IMG/VR virus record: IMGVR_UViG_3300027734_000066
Span: 1-63,726 of that record
Source: a virus
Lineage: Duplodnaviria > Caudoviricetes
Length of the DNA: 63,726 nt
Strand: one strand, 5' to 3'
Part shown: positions 25,549-34,770 of the stretch, piece after piece
How the letters are laid out: each line of letters begins with the position of its first letter
Position numbering within the stretch: the first letter of the stretch is position 1
The notes under the pieces: model-generated
Database searches by the model: none
Seen by the model: only the letters and a program-made list of their open reading frames with translations
Told to the model about the DNA's origin: nothing
Made by a program: the position numbers and the translations under genes

Positions 25549-26643
25549 ATGGCTAACCAAGCAATCGCAATGTACTCTCTCGGCCTCGACCAAATCGAGA
25601 CTGCCATCCGTATCGGTGGTAACAAGCGCACCATCCTCGTGCAAGGTCACATGGGCACAGGCAAATCATCCCTGCTCAAGACCTTGGGCAAAGCCCTGCC
25701 GAATCACATCATGTGCTACTTTGACTGCACCACAAAAGACCTCGGGGACATCACCATCCCTCAGTTGCAAACCATTGACGATCAAGGGTACGTACGTTAC
25801 GTGACCAACGAAGAACTCGGTCTGCACTTGGGCAAGGACATCATCTTGATGGTGGACGAGTACGGCAAGGCCAACCCTGCCGTGAAGAACGCGATGCTCC
25901 GGCTCTTGCTCGAAGGCAAGATGGGTGGTTACACGTTAACAGACAAGTCTATTAGATTTGCCACGACCAACCTCGGTGCCGAAGGTGTGGGCGATCTGCT
26001 CCCTCCCCATGCACGTAACCGCATGACTGTGGTCACAGCGCGTAAGCCGTCTAACATGGAATGGATTGAGTGGGGTGTCAACAACGGTGTCGATCACACA
26101 TTGCTCGGATGGTGCAAGGACAACCCTCAGTTGTTCCACTCGTTCGAGGATGTCAAAGACCCCGAACAGAATCCGTACATCTATCACCCCAAGCAACAGC
26201 GCACAGCGTTCGTGACACCACGTTCACTCGAAGCCGCATCTGATTGGCTCAAGGGCCGCGATGGTGTAGACGATCAAACTATGACAGCTTTACTCATGGG
26301 CACTATTGGTGAACGCGGTGCCATGGACTTGATGGCGTTCGTCAAACTCGCCGATCAGTTGCCAAGCCTTGAGTCAATCAAGAAAGACCCGATGAACGCC
26401 AAGGTGCCTGACAGCGCGGCGGCGGTGTGCATGGTGGTGTATCGCTCGTTGTCTGTGATGGAACGCGATTGGGTGGACGCATGGATGGACTACATGGTGC
26501 GCCTTGACAAAGAAGCACAGGGTATGTTTGCCAACGGTGTGCGCAACCCGAAGTATGCCAAGCAGTCTGTGGTCATGACCAACAAGAAGTTCACGGCATG
26601 GGCTATGGCTAACAACTACATGTTTGCCGCTGACAAGAAATAA
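25549..26643 (+). CDS. MoxR-like AAA+ ATPase
   Basis: Walker A GHMGTGKS, Walker B ILMVDE, sensor ATTN, RNRM, TPRS. Confidence 0.85.
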   Translation: MANQAIAMYSLGLDQIETAIRIGGNKRTILVQGHMGTGKSSLLKTLGKALPNHIMCYFDCTTKDLGDITIPQLQTIDDQGYVRYVTNEELGLHLGKDIILMVDEYGKANPAVKNAMLRLLLEGKMGGYTLTDKSIRFATTNLGAEGVGDLLPPHARNRMTVVTARKPSNMEWIEWGVNNGVDHTLLGWCKDNPQLFHSFEDVKDPEQNPYIYHPKQQRTAFVTPRSLEAASDWLKGRDGVDDQTMTALLMGTIGERGAMDLMAFVKLADQLPSLESIKKDPMNAKVPDSAAAVCMVVYRSLSVMERDWVDAWMDYMVRLDKEAQGMFANGVRNPKYAKQSVVMTNKKFTAWAMANNYMFAADKK

Positions 26644-26654
26644 GGAGAAACAAA

Positions 26655-27854
26655 ATGTTAATGATTGGAAAACAATTGACTGCTGAACAACGCCTGAGCA
26701 AAGCGGTGGTGGACATCATGGGCTCACCCAAGTATGTCGCCCTCGCGGGTGTACTCATGATCGGCTCACGTACTGTGGACGATACGACAAAAACCGCATG
26801 TACCAACGGACGCGATGAGAAGTATGGACGTGCGTTCATCGAGACTCTGAGCGATGCGGAGTTGCGGTTCCTCGTGTTGCACGAGTGCTATCACAAGCTG
26901 TACAAGCATCTGATCACGTGGCGTCACCTCTACGATGACAACGCACAGCTTGCGAACATGGCATGCGACTACGTGATCAACATCAAGTTGACTGACGACA
27001 ACAGGGATGGGTTCGCCGTCATGCCCAAGGTTGGACTGCTCGATACCCAGTATCGTGACATGGACAGCGCACAGGTGTACAGGTTACTTAAAGATGACGA
27101 TGACGAATCCGGTGGCGGAGGTGGCGGCTCGGGCAATGGCGATGGCACGTCAGGAACTGGTCTCGATGAACACGACTGGGATGGCGCTGGCAAGCTGACC
27201 GACGAAGAAGGCAAACAACTGGCGCGTGATCTCGACGAAGCAATCCGTCAAGGCGCACTGGCCGCTGGCAAGTTAGGCAGTGGAGGGGAACGTATGTTCG
27301 AGGACTTGTTGCAGACCAAGATCGACTGGCGCGAAGCACTGCGCGAGTTCATCTCCACAACATGTCAGGGCAACGACTACTCCACGTGGCGGCGGCCCAA
27401 CCGCAGGTTTGTGTCGTCAGGCTATTACATGCCATCGGGTGTGAGCGAACAGGTGGGCGAGTTGGTGATCGCCATCGACACATCGGGTTCTATCGGTGGT
27501 CAGGAGTTGGCCAAGTTCTTGGGCGAAGTCAAGGGTATCTGTGATCAGGTGCGACCTGACGTAGTACGGCTCTTGTACTGGGACACCGAGGTGTGTGCTG
27601 ACGAGAAGTACGTGGGTGCCGAGGTGGAGAACATCATCGGCTCGACCAAGCCCGAGGGTGGTGGGGGTACGACCGTGGAGTGTGTGCCTGAGTACATGAC
27701 AGCGCATGGCGTCAAGCCGCAAGCTGTGGTGGTGTTGACTGACGGCTATCTTGGTGGCTCGTGGGGTCAGTGGGCATGCCCTGTGCTGTGGTGCATCGTG
27801 GGTAATGCGGGTGCTCGACCTGATGTCGGCAAGTATGTACACGTGGAGGACTGA
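26655..27854 (+). CDS. Metallopeptidase-like + vWA domain protein (DUF2201 type)
   Basis: TACTNG, HECYH (HExxH), MIDAS AIDTSGS, GGGT, LTDG. Confidence 0.85.
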   Translation: MLMIGKQLTAEQRLSKAVVDIMGSPKYVALAGVLMIGSRTVDDTTKTACTNGRDEKYGRAFIETLSDAELRFLVLHECYHKLYKHLITWRHLYDDNAQLANMACDYVINIKLTDDNRDGFAVMPKVGLLDTQYRDMDSAQVYRLLKDDDDESGGGGGGSGNGDGTSGTGLDEHDWDGAGKLTDEEGKQLARDLDEAIRQGALAAGKLGSGGERMFEDLLQTKIDWREALREFISTTCQGNDYSTWRRPNRRFVSSGYYMPSGVSEQVGELVIAIDTSGSIGGQELAKFLGEVKGICDQVRPDVVRLLYWDTEVCADEKYVGAEVENIIGSTKPEGGGGTTVECVPEYMTAHGVKPQAVVVLTDGYLGGSWGQWACPVLWCIVGNAGARPDVGKYVHVED

Positions 27855-27855
27855 G

Positions 27856-28053
27856 ATGAGTAATGAAATGAAACCGTGCCCATTCTGTGGTGGGCACGAA
27901 GTAGAAATACGTGAACGCAACTCGACAACGGGTGTGTTCTCTGTATCGGTACTGCACTGGTGCAAAGATGGGGGCAAGCCTGTGCTTAAACCTATCGAGT
28001 GCATGGGGCGTACACGTGACGAAGCAGTGCGTTTGTGGAACAGACGCGCTTAA
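27856..28053 (+). CDS. Lar-like restriction-alleviation zinc-finger protein
   Basis: MKPCPFCGG...EAVRLWNRRA; GGAGG RBS. Confidence 0.7.
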   Translation: MSNEMKPCPFCGGHEVEIRERNSTTGVFSVSVLHWCKDGGKPVLKPIECMGRTRDEAVRLWNRRA

Positions 28054-28081
28054 CCAAACCTAAACCTAAAAGGAAACGAAG

Positions 28082-29020
28082 ATGAGATTCGATACATTCA
28101 ATCAAGTGGTGGCATGGTACGACATGATCAAACCAACGGTCAGCAAGAACCACACACTGCAAGATGACATACGGCCTATCGGTAACCGCAAGCGCAAGTG
28201 GGAGCGCATCCGCAAGGTGGACGAGAACACCTACGTGTTGCTCGATGGCTTCTACTGCTCGACTCTGTTTGCCGCAGGGAACAATCCCGAGGCCGACTTG
28301 TACGAACAAGACATGGCACCCATCATGTGGAAACGCGAGGAAGATGGGGACTACATCTACGTACGCAATGGCAAGACAGACAACATGCTGTACTGCCGGT
28401 ATAACTTCTTACAAGCACACCTGCCTACCAACATGCGCTTTGGCTACAACCAACAAGGTAGGCATTGGGTACGTGCACAGACAGTTAATGGGTACGAGGA
28501 TTTCCCTTTGCCCAAGACCGCGCACCAGTACGACTCCACTACGAAAGAGCGTGGTGTGGATGACGGCAAGCGCCTAAAGTTTCGGGTCAACGAGGACGGC
28601 ACGTTCACACGTGTTGGTGAAGCATTCAAAGTGGAGAAAACAACTGTGGACAAAGAACTCAAGAAGCAATGGAAGACAAAGATCGAAGCGTTCTACACAC
28701 AAGCGGCGGCGTTGGCACCCATGCTCGACACCACGTGGAACGGACGCCATGAGTACCGCACTGTCATCACCGAGTGGTGCAAAGAGAACGGCTTGAATGT
28801 CCCGCAACACGGCGGCATCAACCAAATGCCAACCACACTGGTGCGACAGATCGTGGAGCAAGCCGACCATCCCCTGCGCATCCCCCTGATGGCGTTGGTC
28901 ATTGATGACATCGGTGGCAAGCGTGTCATTGAAACGAAGGACGACCTGATGAAGATCAGGTCAGCATACAACCGCCTGATGAACAAAGCATTGGGCATGT
29001 ACGAAACGAAGGAGGTGTGA
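28082..29020 (+). CDS. Hypothetical early protein, 312 aa
   Basis: Long ORF with AAGGAAACGAAG RBS. Confidence 0.8.
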   Translation: MRFDTFNQVVAWYDMIKPTVSKNHTLQDDIRPIGNRKRKWERIRKVDENTYVLLDGFYCSTLFAAGNNPEADLYEQDMAPIMWKREEDGDYIYVRNGKTDNMLYCRYNFLQAHLPTNMRFGYNQQGRHWVRAQTVNGYEDFPLPKTAHQYDSTTKERGVDDGKRLKFRVNEDGTFTRVGEAFKVEKTTVDKELKKQWKTKIEAFYTQAAALAPMLDTTWNGRHEYRTVITEWCKENGLNVPQHGGINQMPTTLVRQIVEQADHPLRIPLMALVIDDIGGKRVIETKDDLMKIRSAYNRLMNKALGMYETKEV

Positions 29021-29021
29021 G

Positions 29022-29309
29022 ATGGCCAAGTCAATACTGACAGCACCACAAATAACGAAAGAAGCATTGAGCATTCTTGAGAAAGAGATGTACAACGCTA
29101 CGCCGTATTGCCTTGTGCAAGTCACACTGAAAGATGGCAGTACGGAGGAAATCATCATCAAAATCAACCCGCGTGTTATCCACGATATAGGCACAGAACT
29201 AAAGGGGGGTCGAGCGTTGACTTTGGACAATGAGGATAGCGGCATCCTTGTGATGGCCGATCAGATCAAGCACATCACCATAATGAAAGTAACGAAGGAG
29301 CAATCATGA
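29022..29309 (+). CDS. Hypothetical early protein with coat-protein-like N-terminus
   Basis: GGAGG RBS; MAKSILTAPQITKEALSILEK. Confidence 0.7.
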   Translation: MAKSILTAPQITKEALSILEKEMYNATPYCLVQVTLKDGSTEEIIIKINPRVIHDIGTELKGGRALTLDNEDSGILVMADQIKHITIMKVTKEQS

Positions 29310-30247
29310 GTTTTGATCACGCACGAGTAGATGATATAGAGCGTAAGACCAAAGATGTCTTGGCCCGTCTATCCACGACTGTTAATACTGTGAACGAGGG
29401 CGACCCGCCCATTCACATGGTGGACGGTATCCCTGTGGAACCTGCGTTGGCGCAGTTCTGTGCTGAGATACGCAAGGTCAACCGCCATGTGAAGTTTGGC
29501 GTGGCTAAGCGCAGTAAGCACAGCTTTAACGGTAAGTTCAGCGAACTCCATGCGTACATGGATGGGCATACCTACGCCATGATGAAGATTGGGTACGGTG
29601 ACTACTCTACCAAGGGGGGTGGTGATGACAAGTACATGGTGTATGCACGGATGATCAACAACGAGAAGTTCCGTGAGGACAGCGATCAGTATCACATGGC
29701 AACAGCCGAGGGTATCGAACGCGCCATCAAGAACGTGAAGAAGTACATGCGCCCCTACTCGCCAGTTGAGTGCGCTACGATGTCCTTTGACTCAGTGCGC
29801 AATAAGTTCTCATCGGTTGTGCAGGGCGTGTCGTCCGAGTTGTACCACGCACGAAACCATGTGCTTGAATCAGCGCACCTGCGCAATGAGTTGTTCCACA
29901 TGCTTGATGTGGGCTACGAGTTCTTGTCCGAGGAGTTCCGCGAGAAGATTGCTGTATGGCGTGAGAAGTACAACGAAGATCAAGTCTCTCGTGGTCGTGC
30001 CCTACACGCTTACTACGTGAATGTCCGTATACACCGCGAAGAGATGGTGTGTGATGTCATCGAGGTATTGGATGCCAACAAGCGTTCACGTATGGATACC
30101 CACATGCCCGTGGTGACATACAAGATGGAGGACTTGCCCGAGGGTGTCGCGGGTAACCTCGCCGCTCTGAGTATGGTGGACGATGATCACTACGTGGATG
30201 GCGTAGGCTTACGTGTGGACAGCGCAACCTTTTGGGTGCAGAGATGA
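29306..30247 (+). CDS. Hypothetical early protein, 313 aa
   Basis: GGAG RBS, ATGA overlap; ends VDGVGLRVDSATFWV. Confidence 0.8.
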   Translation: MSFDHARVDDIERKTKDVLARLSTTVNTVNEGDPPIHMVDGIPVEPALAQFCAEIRKVNRHVKFGVAKRSKHSFNGKFSELHAYMDGHTYAMMKIGYGDYSTKGGGDDKYMVYARMINNEKFREDSDQYHMATAEGIERAIKNVKKYMRPYSPVECATMSFDSVRNKFSSVVQGVSSELYHARNHVLESAHLRNELFHMLDVGYEFLSEEFREKIAVWREKYNEDQVSRGRALHAYYVNVRIHREEMVCDVIEVLDANKRSRMDTHMPVVTYKMEDLPEGVAGNLAALSMVDDDHYVDGVGLRVDSATFWVQR

Positions 30248-30735
30248 GCACATTGAAATACAAAGCAACTGAGCGGTACAGCCTTGGTTGGACTGACCCA
30301 CGGGGGGTGTATTCCAACGACAGTTGGCAAACAGTCGAGCCGCCTGACGAGACAGTGCGTAGGATACTGGGTGGGGACATACGCCCCGAAGATCAATACG
30401 TTGCGATCAGGACGGTGATGCAGTATGACATCCAACATGCAAGCGCAGGGCGACTGCCTGAGATGCTGACAAGTGAATCAATGCACGATGACAACATATA
30501 CCGTGTGAGTGTCTTTCCCGATGGGATAGATATTATATGTTTCGGGTTATCGAGTATTGACTCAGACATCAACGGCCACTATGATCGGTCGGACGATCTA
30601 CCTAACTGGGTAAAGGAACGTCTTGCCGTGTTAATGATTACGAATGGTATACCGCCAACACAAGAAGTGGCGGGTGTCGGGCGTCGAATATCAAGTCATG
30701 TCTATTGGGTGTACGCACCCGAGACCACATCTTGA
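30244..30735 (+). CDS. Hypothetical early protein with MCP-like N-terminal peptide
   Basis: ATGA-coupled start MSTLKYKATERYSLGWTDPRG; C-terminal LPNWVKERLAVL...VAGVGRRISSHVYWV resembles the 29306 C-terminus. Confidence 0.75.
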   Translation: MSTLKYKATERYSLGWTDPRGVYSNDSWQTVEPPDETVRRILGGDIRPEDQYVAIRTVMQYDIQHASAGRLPEMLTSESMHDDNIYRVSVFPDGIDIICFGLSSIDSDINGHYDRSDDLPNWVKERLAVLMITNGIPPTQEVAGVGRRISSHVYWVYAPETTS

Positions 30736-30783
30736 TGCGTTGGTACGTGCGCTTCACGTACCTAACTTTAAAAGGAAACGAAG

Positions 30784-31191
30784 ATGAGAAAAAAACCAAG
30801 CGCATCACAGCGCATTCGCTCACTGATTGATAGCGGCTACAACAACAAAGCCATTATCGAAAAGTTAAAGTGCAAGCCGCAAGCTGTGTACAACATCCGA
30901 TATCAAATCAACAAGGCACGTGGCCTTGGCTCGATTGGTGAACTGCCCAACCCTGTTGACGGCATTGGTGCGCCCCCCAAGCGTACGCGCAAGATCAGAG
31001 CGGGAACTGGCATCGTTAACGTGCCTAAAGTGGGGGACAACGTAGGTGGGTTGGTTCTAACCGAAATGAATGATGGGGCTTTGCGATGGATGCCCCCTCC
31101 ACTTGTACCCATGCCCGAGCCCGTGCCCCCCGTCACCATGGTCGAGAAGCCTACCCTGTGGCAACGAGTCAAGGGGTGGTTCCGTGGCTGA
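30784..31191 (+). CDS. Putative HTH DNA-binding protein
   Basis: SQRIRSLIDSGYNNKAIIEKLKCKPQAVYNIR; AAGGAAACGAAG RBS. Confidence 0.6.
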   Translation: MRKKPSASQRIRSLIDSGYNNKAIIEKLKCKPQAVYNIRYQINKARGLGSIGELPNPVDGIGAPPKRTRKIRAGTGIVNVPKVGDNVGGLVLTEMNDGALRWMPPPLVPMPEPVPPVTMVEKPTLWQRVKGWFRG

Positions 31192-31489
31192 TACGCCCGA
31201 GGTCAAAGTCAAGAAGAAGGTTGTGGCAGTTCTCAAGGAACATCGCGCTTACTTCTTCTACCCCGTCACTGGCGGGTATGGCGGCAGTGGGGTGCCTGAC
31301 ATTGTTGGGTGCTACCACGGCAAGTTCTTTGGCATCGAGTGCAAGGCTGGCAAGAACAAGCCAACACCGTTGCAACAAAAGAACTTAGACAGCATCAAAG
31401 CTATGGGTGGTATTGCGATGGTGGTCAACGAGGACAACATCGAGGATGTGCACATCATGATGCAAGGCATTGAAAGGAATGACTGGTAA
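31184..31489 (+). CDS. VRR-NUC nuclease / Holliday-junction resolvase-like
   Basis: TPEVKVK, GVPDIVGC, GIECKAG, PTPLQ; likely GTG start. Confidence 0.85.
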   Translation: MADTPEVKVKKKVVAVLKEHRAYFFYPVTGGYGGSGVPDIVGCYHGKFFGIECKAGKNKPTPLQQKNLDSIKAMGGIAMVVNEDNIEDVHIMMQGIERNDW

Positions 31490-31968
31490 TGCGCAAGCGT
31501 AGCAAGTACCGACCCAAGGGGGTAATCATGAATCCGATGGCATACCTGATCGAAGGCATGACCCCTGTGGCGAGGCATGACAACTTCTTGATTGACCTGA
31601 AGATCAAGAACCACATGGCCATGGCCAACCTGACGCAAGGCAAGGCAACACGTGAGGACATGGACACGCTGATACCCATGGCCAACTTTGTGGAAGCGTT
31701 GTACCGCATGGGGTTTGGGCGTGACTATGCAACAGAGGTGAGTACGGGGCTTGATGCTCTACATGCAGTGGGTAAGCGCGGTGCACCGATAGGCCGCTTC
31801 ATCCTACGCTCGGAGGAGATGAGAGCCCTGAACACGCTGATGGAACTGCACGATGCACAGATGGACGTGATCACGGTCAAAGACATGGAACGTGCATTCA
31901 AGATCGTGGACGATGAATATAAACAGCGCAGGATGCGCCCTATTGTGGAGAGAAACCATGACAGATGA
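31489..31968 (+). CDS. Conserved hypothetical protein
   Basis: MRKRSKYRPK...LMELHDAQM; TAATG coupling. Confidence 0.75.
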   Translation: MRKRSKYRPKGVIMNPMAYLIEGMTPVARHDNFLIDLKIKNHMAMANLTQGKATREDMDTLIPMANFVEALYRMGFGRDYATEVSTGLDALHAVGKRGAPIGRFILRSEEMRALNTLMELHDAQMDVITVKDMERAFKIVDDEYKQRRMRPIVERNHDR

Positions 31969-32197
31969 TGAAAGAAACCTTGACCTTATGGTCGCTGAAT
32001 TAGAAAGTGAAAACAGATTGATGAGGGCACGTAATGAACGATTGCAACAAGAACTCGACCGAGCACTTGATGACAACGCACGATTCAAAGTCACACTGGA
32101 ACGCATCATTGCCGTATCCAAGTTGGCCTTTCGGGACGGTGTGCCCGAAAGAGTTGGCGAAGTGGGGACGCAAGCACAAGATACAAACATTGGATGA
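31958..32197 (+). CDS. Coiled-coil hypothetical protein
   Basis: GGAG RBS; ELESENRLMRARNERL. Confidence 0.6.
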   Translation: MTDDERNLDLMVAELESENRLMRARNERLQQELDRALDDNARFKVTLERIIAVSKLAFRDGVPERVGEVGTQAQDTNIG

Positions 32198-32215
32198 ATA
32201 CGAGGAGGCATTAAT

Positions 32216-32437
32216 ATGAACGCAGATGACATGCAAGCAGGTGGCGACCATTACAAAACTATGGAGGTACAACCATGGCATGTGATGGCGTCAGTGTTGA
32301 CCCGAGAGGAATTCATTGGGTTTCTCAAAGGCAACATCATTAAGTACAGCATGAGGCAGGGCAAGAAGGACAGCCCTGATGCTGACAAGTGCAGACACTA
32401 CATGCTGAAGTTGAATGAAGTGTTAGAAAACTCTTAA
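32216..32437 (+). CDS. DUF3310 (SaV / T7 gp1.7-like) protein
   Basis: QAGGDHYK...QPW...GFLKGNIIKYSMR..KK...DADKCRHY. Confidence 0.85.
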   Translation: MNADDMQAGGDHYKTMEVQPWHVMASVLTREEFIGFLKGNIIKYSMRQGKKDSPDADKCRHYMLKLNEVLENS

Positions 32438-32459
32438 CAACATAACAGGAGAAACGAAG

Positions 32460-32963
32460 ATGACAGAAGAAGCAACACTACGCCACAACTGGCGCAACGT
32501 AATAGAGACCGAGGGTGGGTACTGCCCCGTGTGTGATCGGTGGGGCAAGATCAACAAGGTCAAGCTGACTGGCGGCATGGCGCGTTCACTGGCATGGCTT
32601 GTGAGCATGTCAGCGGGGGCAGAGAACGGATGGGTCAACACACGTGACAACGTGCCACTGTTCATGTTGCGCTCAAACTCTATCGGGCACCTCAAGCATT
32701 GGGGCTTGGTGCAAGCACGTGAGCCCGAATCATCCAAGGTCAGGACAAGTGGCATTTGGAGAGCCACGTTAGATGGGCACGACTTTGTGCATGACCGACT
32801 GGTTGTGCCTACACATGTTTTTGTGTACAACGATGCCGTGGTGCGGCAGGGCACTGAGTTGGTGGGCATTGCGGATTGCTTCACCGAAGAATTTGATTAC
32901 CGCGAAGTGATGAATTCGTATTTCCCAACAACACAGGTGCAAGATGGACTTAATAACGATTGA
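32460..32963 (+). CDS. Hypothetical protein, CPVC + winged-helix-like
   Basis: GGYCPVCDRWGK, LKHWGLV, SGIWRAT. Confidence 0.7.
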   Translation: MTEEATLRHNWRNVIETEGGYCPVCDRWGKINKVKLTGGMARSLAWLVSMSAGAENGWVNTRDNVPLFMLRSNSIGHLKHWGLVQAREPESSKVRTSGIWRATLDGHDFVHDRLVVPTHVFVYNDAVVRQGTELVGIADCFTEEFDYREVMNSYFPTTQVQDGLNND

Positions 32964-34770
32964 CTTTGAAACGTACTACGACCGCGACTACTCGCTGTCG
33001 AAAATCACAACGGAAGAATACATACGCTCTGACATGTTTGAAGTCATCGGCGTAGGTGTGAAGATTAACAACCAAGAAACGGAGTGGGCAAGTGGAACAA
33101 ATAAACAAATCGGAGAGTGGCTTCAGAGCAATTTTGAATGGGAGCGGGGGTTTGTCTTGGCGCACAACACCCTTTTTGACGGGGCTATCCTGTCTTGGCG
33201 TTTCGGTATTAATCCTCGGGGTTGGCTTGACACTCTGTGCATGGGCCGTGCCCTTCACGGCGTGGAAGTTGGGGGTTCGCTTAAAGCTCTTACTGAGCGG
33301 TATGGGCTCGGGGAAAAAGGAACCGAAGTCGTTAACGCCCTCGGCAAAAGACGACTGAACTTCAGCGACGACGAACTCGCACGGTACGGTGACTACTGCA
33401 TCAACGATGTAGAACTCACCCACAAACTCTTTACCATCTTGGTAAAGGATTTTCCCAAGCAAGAACTGCGTGTGATTGATCAGACCCTGCGCATGTTCAT
33501 CGACCCCATACTCGAACTGGACGGCGACATGTTGCAACAACACCTCATCGGCATCAAGCAGATGAAGGAAGACCTGCTGACATCCTCGGGTGTGGACAAG
33601 GCTGAACTGATGAGCAATGAGAAGTTTGCTGAACTGCTCCGCTCGTTTGGTGTAGAGCCCCCGATGAAGACAAGCCCCGCCACGGGTAAGCAGACCTATG
33701 CGTTTGCCAAGAGTGACGAGGAGTTCAAAGCCCTTGCTGACCATGAAGATGTCAGGGTGCAGACACTTGTCGCCGCCCGCTTGGGCACCAAGTCAACGCT
33801 TGAAGAGACCCGCACCCAACGGTTCATTGACATCTCCAAGCGTGGCAAGTTGCCTGTACCGATTCGTTACTACGCCGCACACACTGGACGGTTCGGTGGG
33901 GACGACAAGATCAACATGCAGAACTTGCCAAGCCGTGGCGACAACGGCAACAAGCTCAAGAAGGCGATCATTGCGCCCGAGGGCTACACCATCATTGACG
34001 CTGACTCTGCACAGATCGAAGCGCGGGTGCTGGCGTGGCTGTCGGAACAGAATGACTTGGTAACAGCTTTTGCTGAGGGTAAGGACGTGTACAAGAAGAT
34101 GGCCTCGGCTATCTACGGCAAGCCCGAGTTTGAGATCAGCAAGGACGAGCGGTTCGTGGGTAAGACCACAATCCTTGGTGCAGGGTATGGCATGGGTGCC
34201 GTGAAGTTCCAAGCCCAACTCAAGACCTTTGGCGTGGAGGTGGACGTTGACGAAGCAAGACGCATCATTGACATTTATCGCCGCACCAACGATTCCGTGG
34301 TGAGGCTGTGGCGTCAGGCTCAGAACGCTCTTGTAAACATGTCACGTGGTGACCTCGCACCGCTTGGCCGGGCAGCCGTGCTTGAGGTGGTGCCCAGTGA
34401 GTCATCTATCCGCTTGCCCTCGGGTCTGCTGATGCGCTACGACGACTTGAAGTTTGACCAAACCGAGAAGGGTATCGAGTTCCATTACAAGACACGCAAG
34501 GGTCGCACCCGTATCTATGGCGGCAAGGTGATTGAGAACGTGTGCCAAGCCATTGCACGTTGCATCATTGCTGAGCAGATGCTAAAGATTGGTAAGCGAT
34601 ACAAGGTTGTGCTGACTGTGCATGACGCGATTGCTGTGTGCGTACCGGACGCGCAAGTTATACCCGCAACGCAGTACGTTGAGGAGTGCATGCGATGGGT
34701 GCCCGAGTGGGCAAAGGGTCTGCCTGTGAACTGTGAGTCAGGCAGTGGTAAATCTTATGGAGACTGCTAA
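32944..34770 (+). CDS. DNA polymerase family A with 3'-5' exonuclease
   Basis: Exo I IDFET, Exo II AHNTLFD, Exo III YCINDV; motif A DSAQIEAR, motif B RFVGKTTILGAGYGMG, motif C TVHD. Confidence 0.95.
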   Translation: MDLITIDFETYYDRDYSLSKITTEEYIRSDMFEVIGVGVKINNQETEWASGTNKQIGEWLQSNFEWERGFVLAHNTLFDGAILSWRFGINPRGWLDTLCMGRALHGVEVGGSLKALTERYGLGEKGTEVVNALGKRRLNFSDDELARYGDYCINDVELTHKLFTILVKDFPKQELRVIDQTLRMFIDPILELDGDMLQQHLIGIKQMKEDLLTSSGVDKAELMSNEKFAELLRSFGVEPPMKTSPATGKQTYAFAKSDEEFKALADHEDVRVQTLVAARLGTKSTLEETRTQRFIDISKRGKLPVPIRYYAAHTGRFGGDDKINMQNLPSRGDNGNKLKKAIIAPEGYTIIDADSAQIEARVLAWLSEQNDLVTAFAEGKDVYKKMASAIYGKPEFEISKDERFVGKTTILGAGYGMGAVKFQAQLKTFGVEVDVDEARRIIDIYRRTNDSVVRLWRQAQNALVNMSRGDLAPLGRAAVLEVVPSESSIRLPSGLLMRYDDLKFDQTEKGIEFHYKTRKGRTRIYGGKVIENVCQAIARCIIAEQMLKIGKRYKVVLTVHDAIAVCVPDAQVIPATQYVEECMRWVPEWAKGLPVNCESGSGKSYGDC

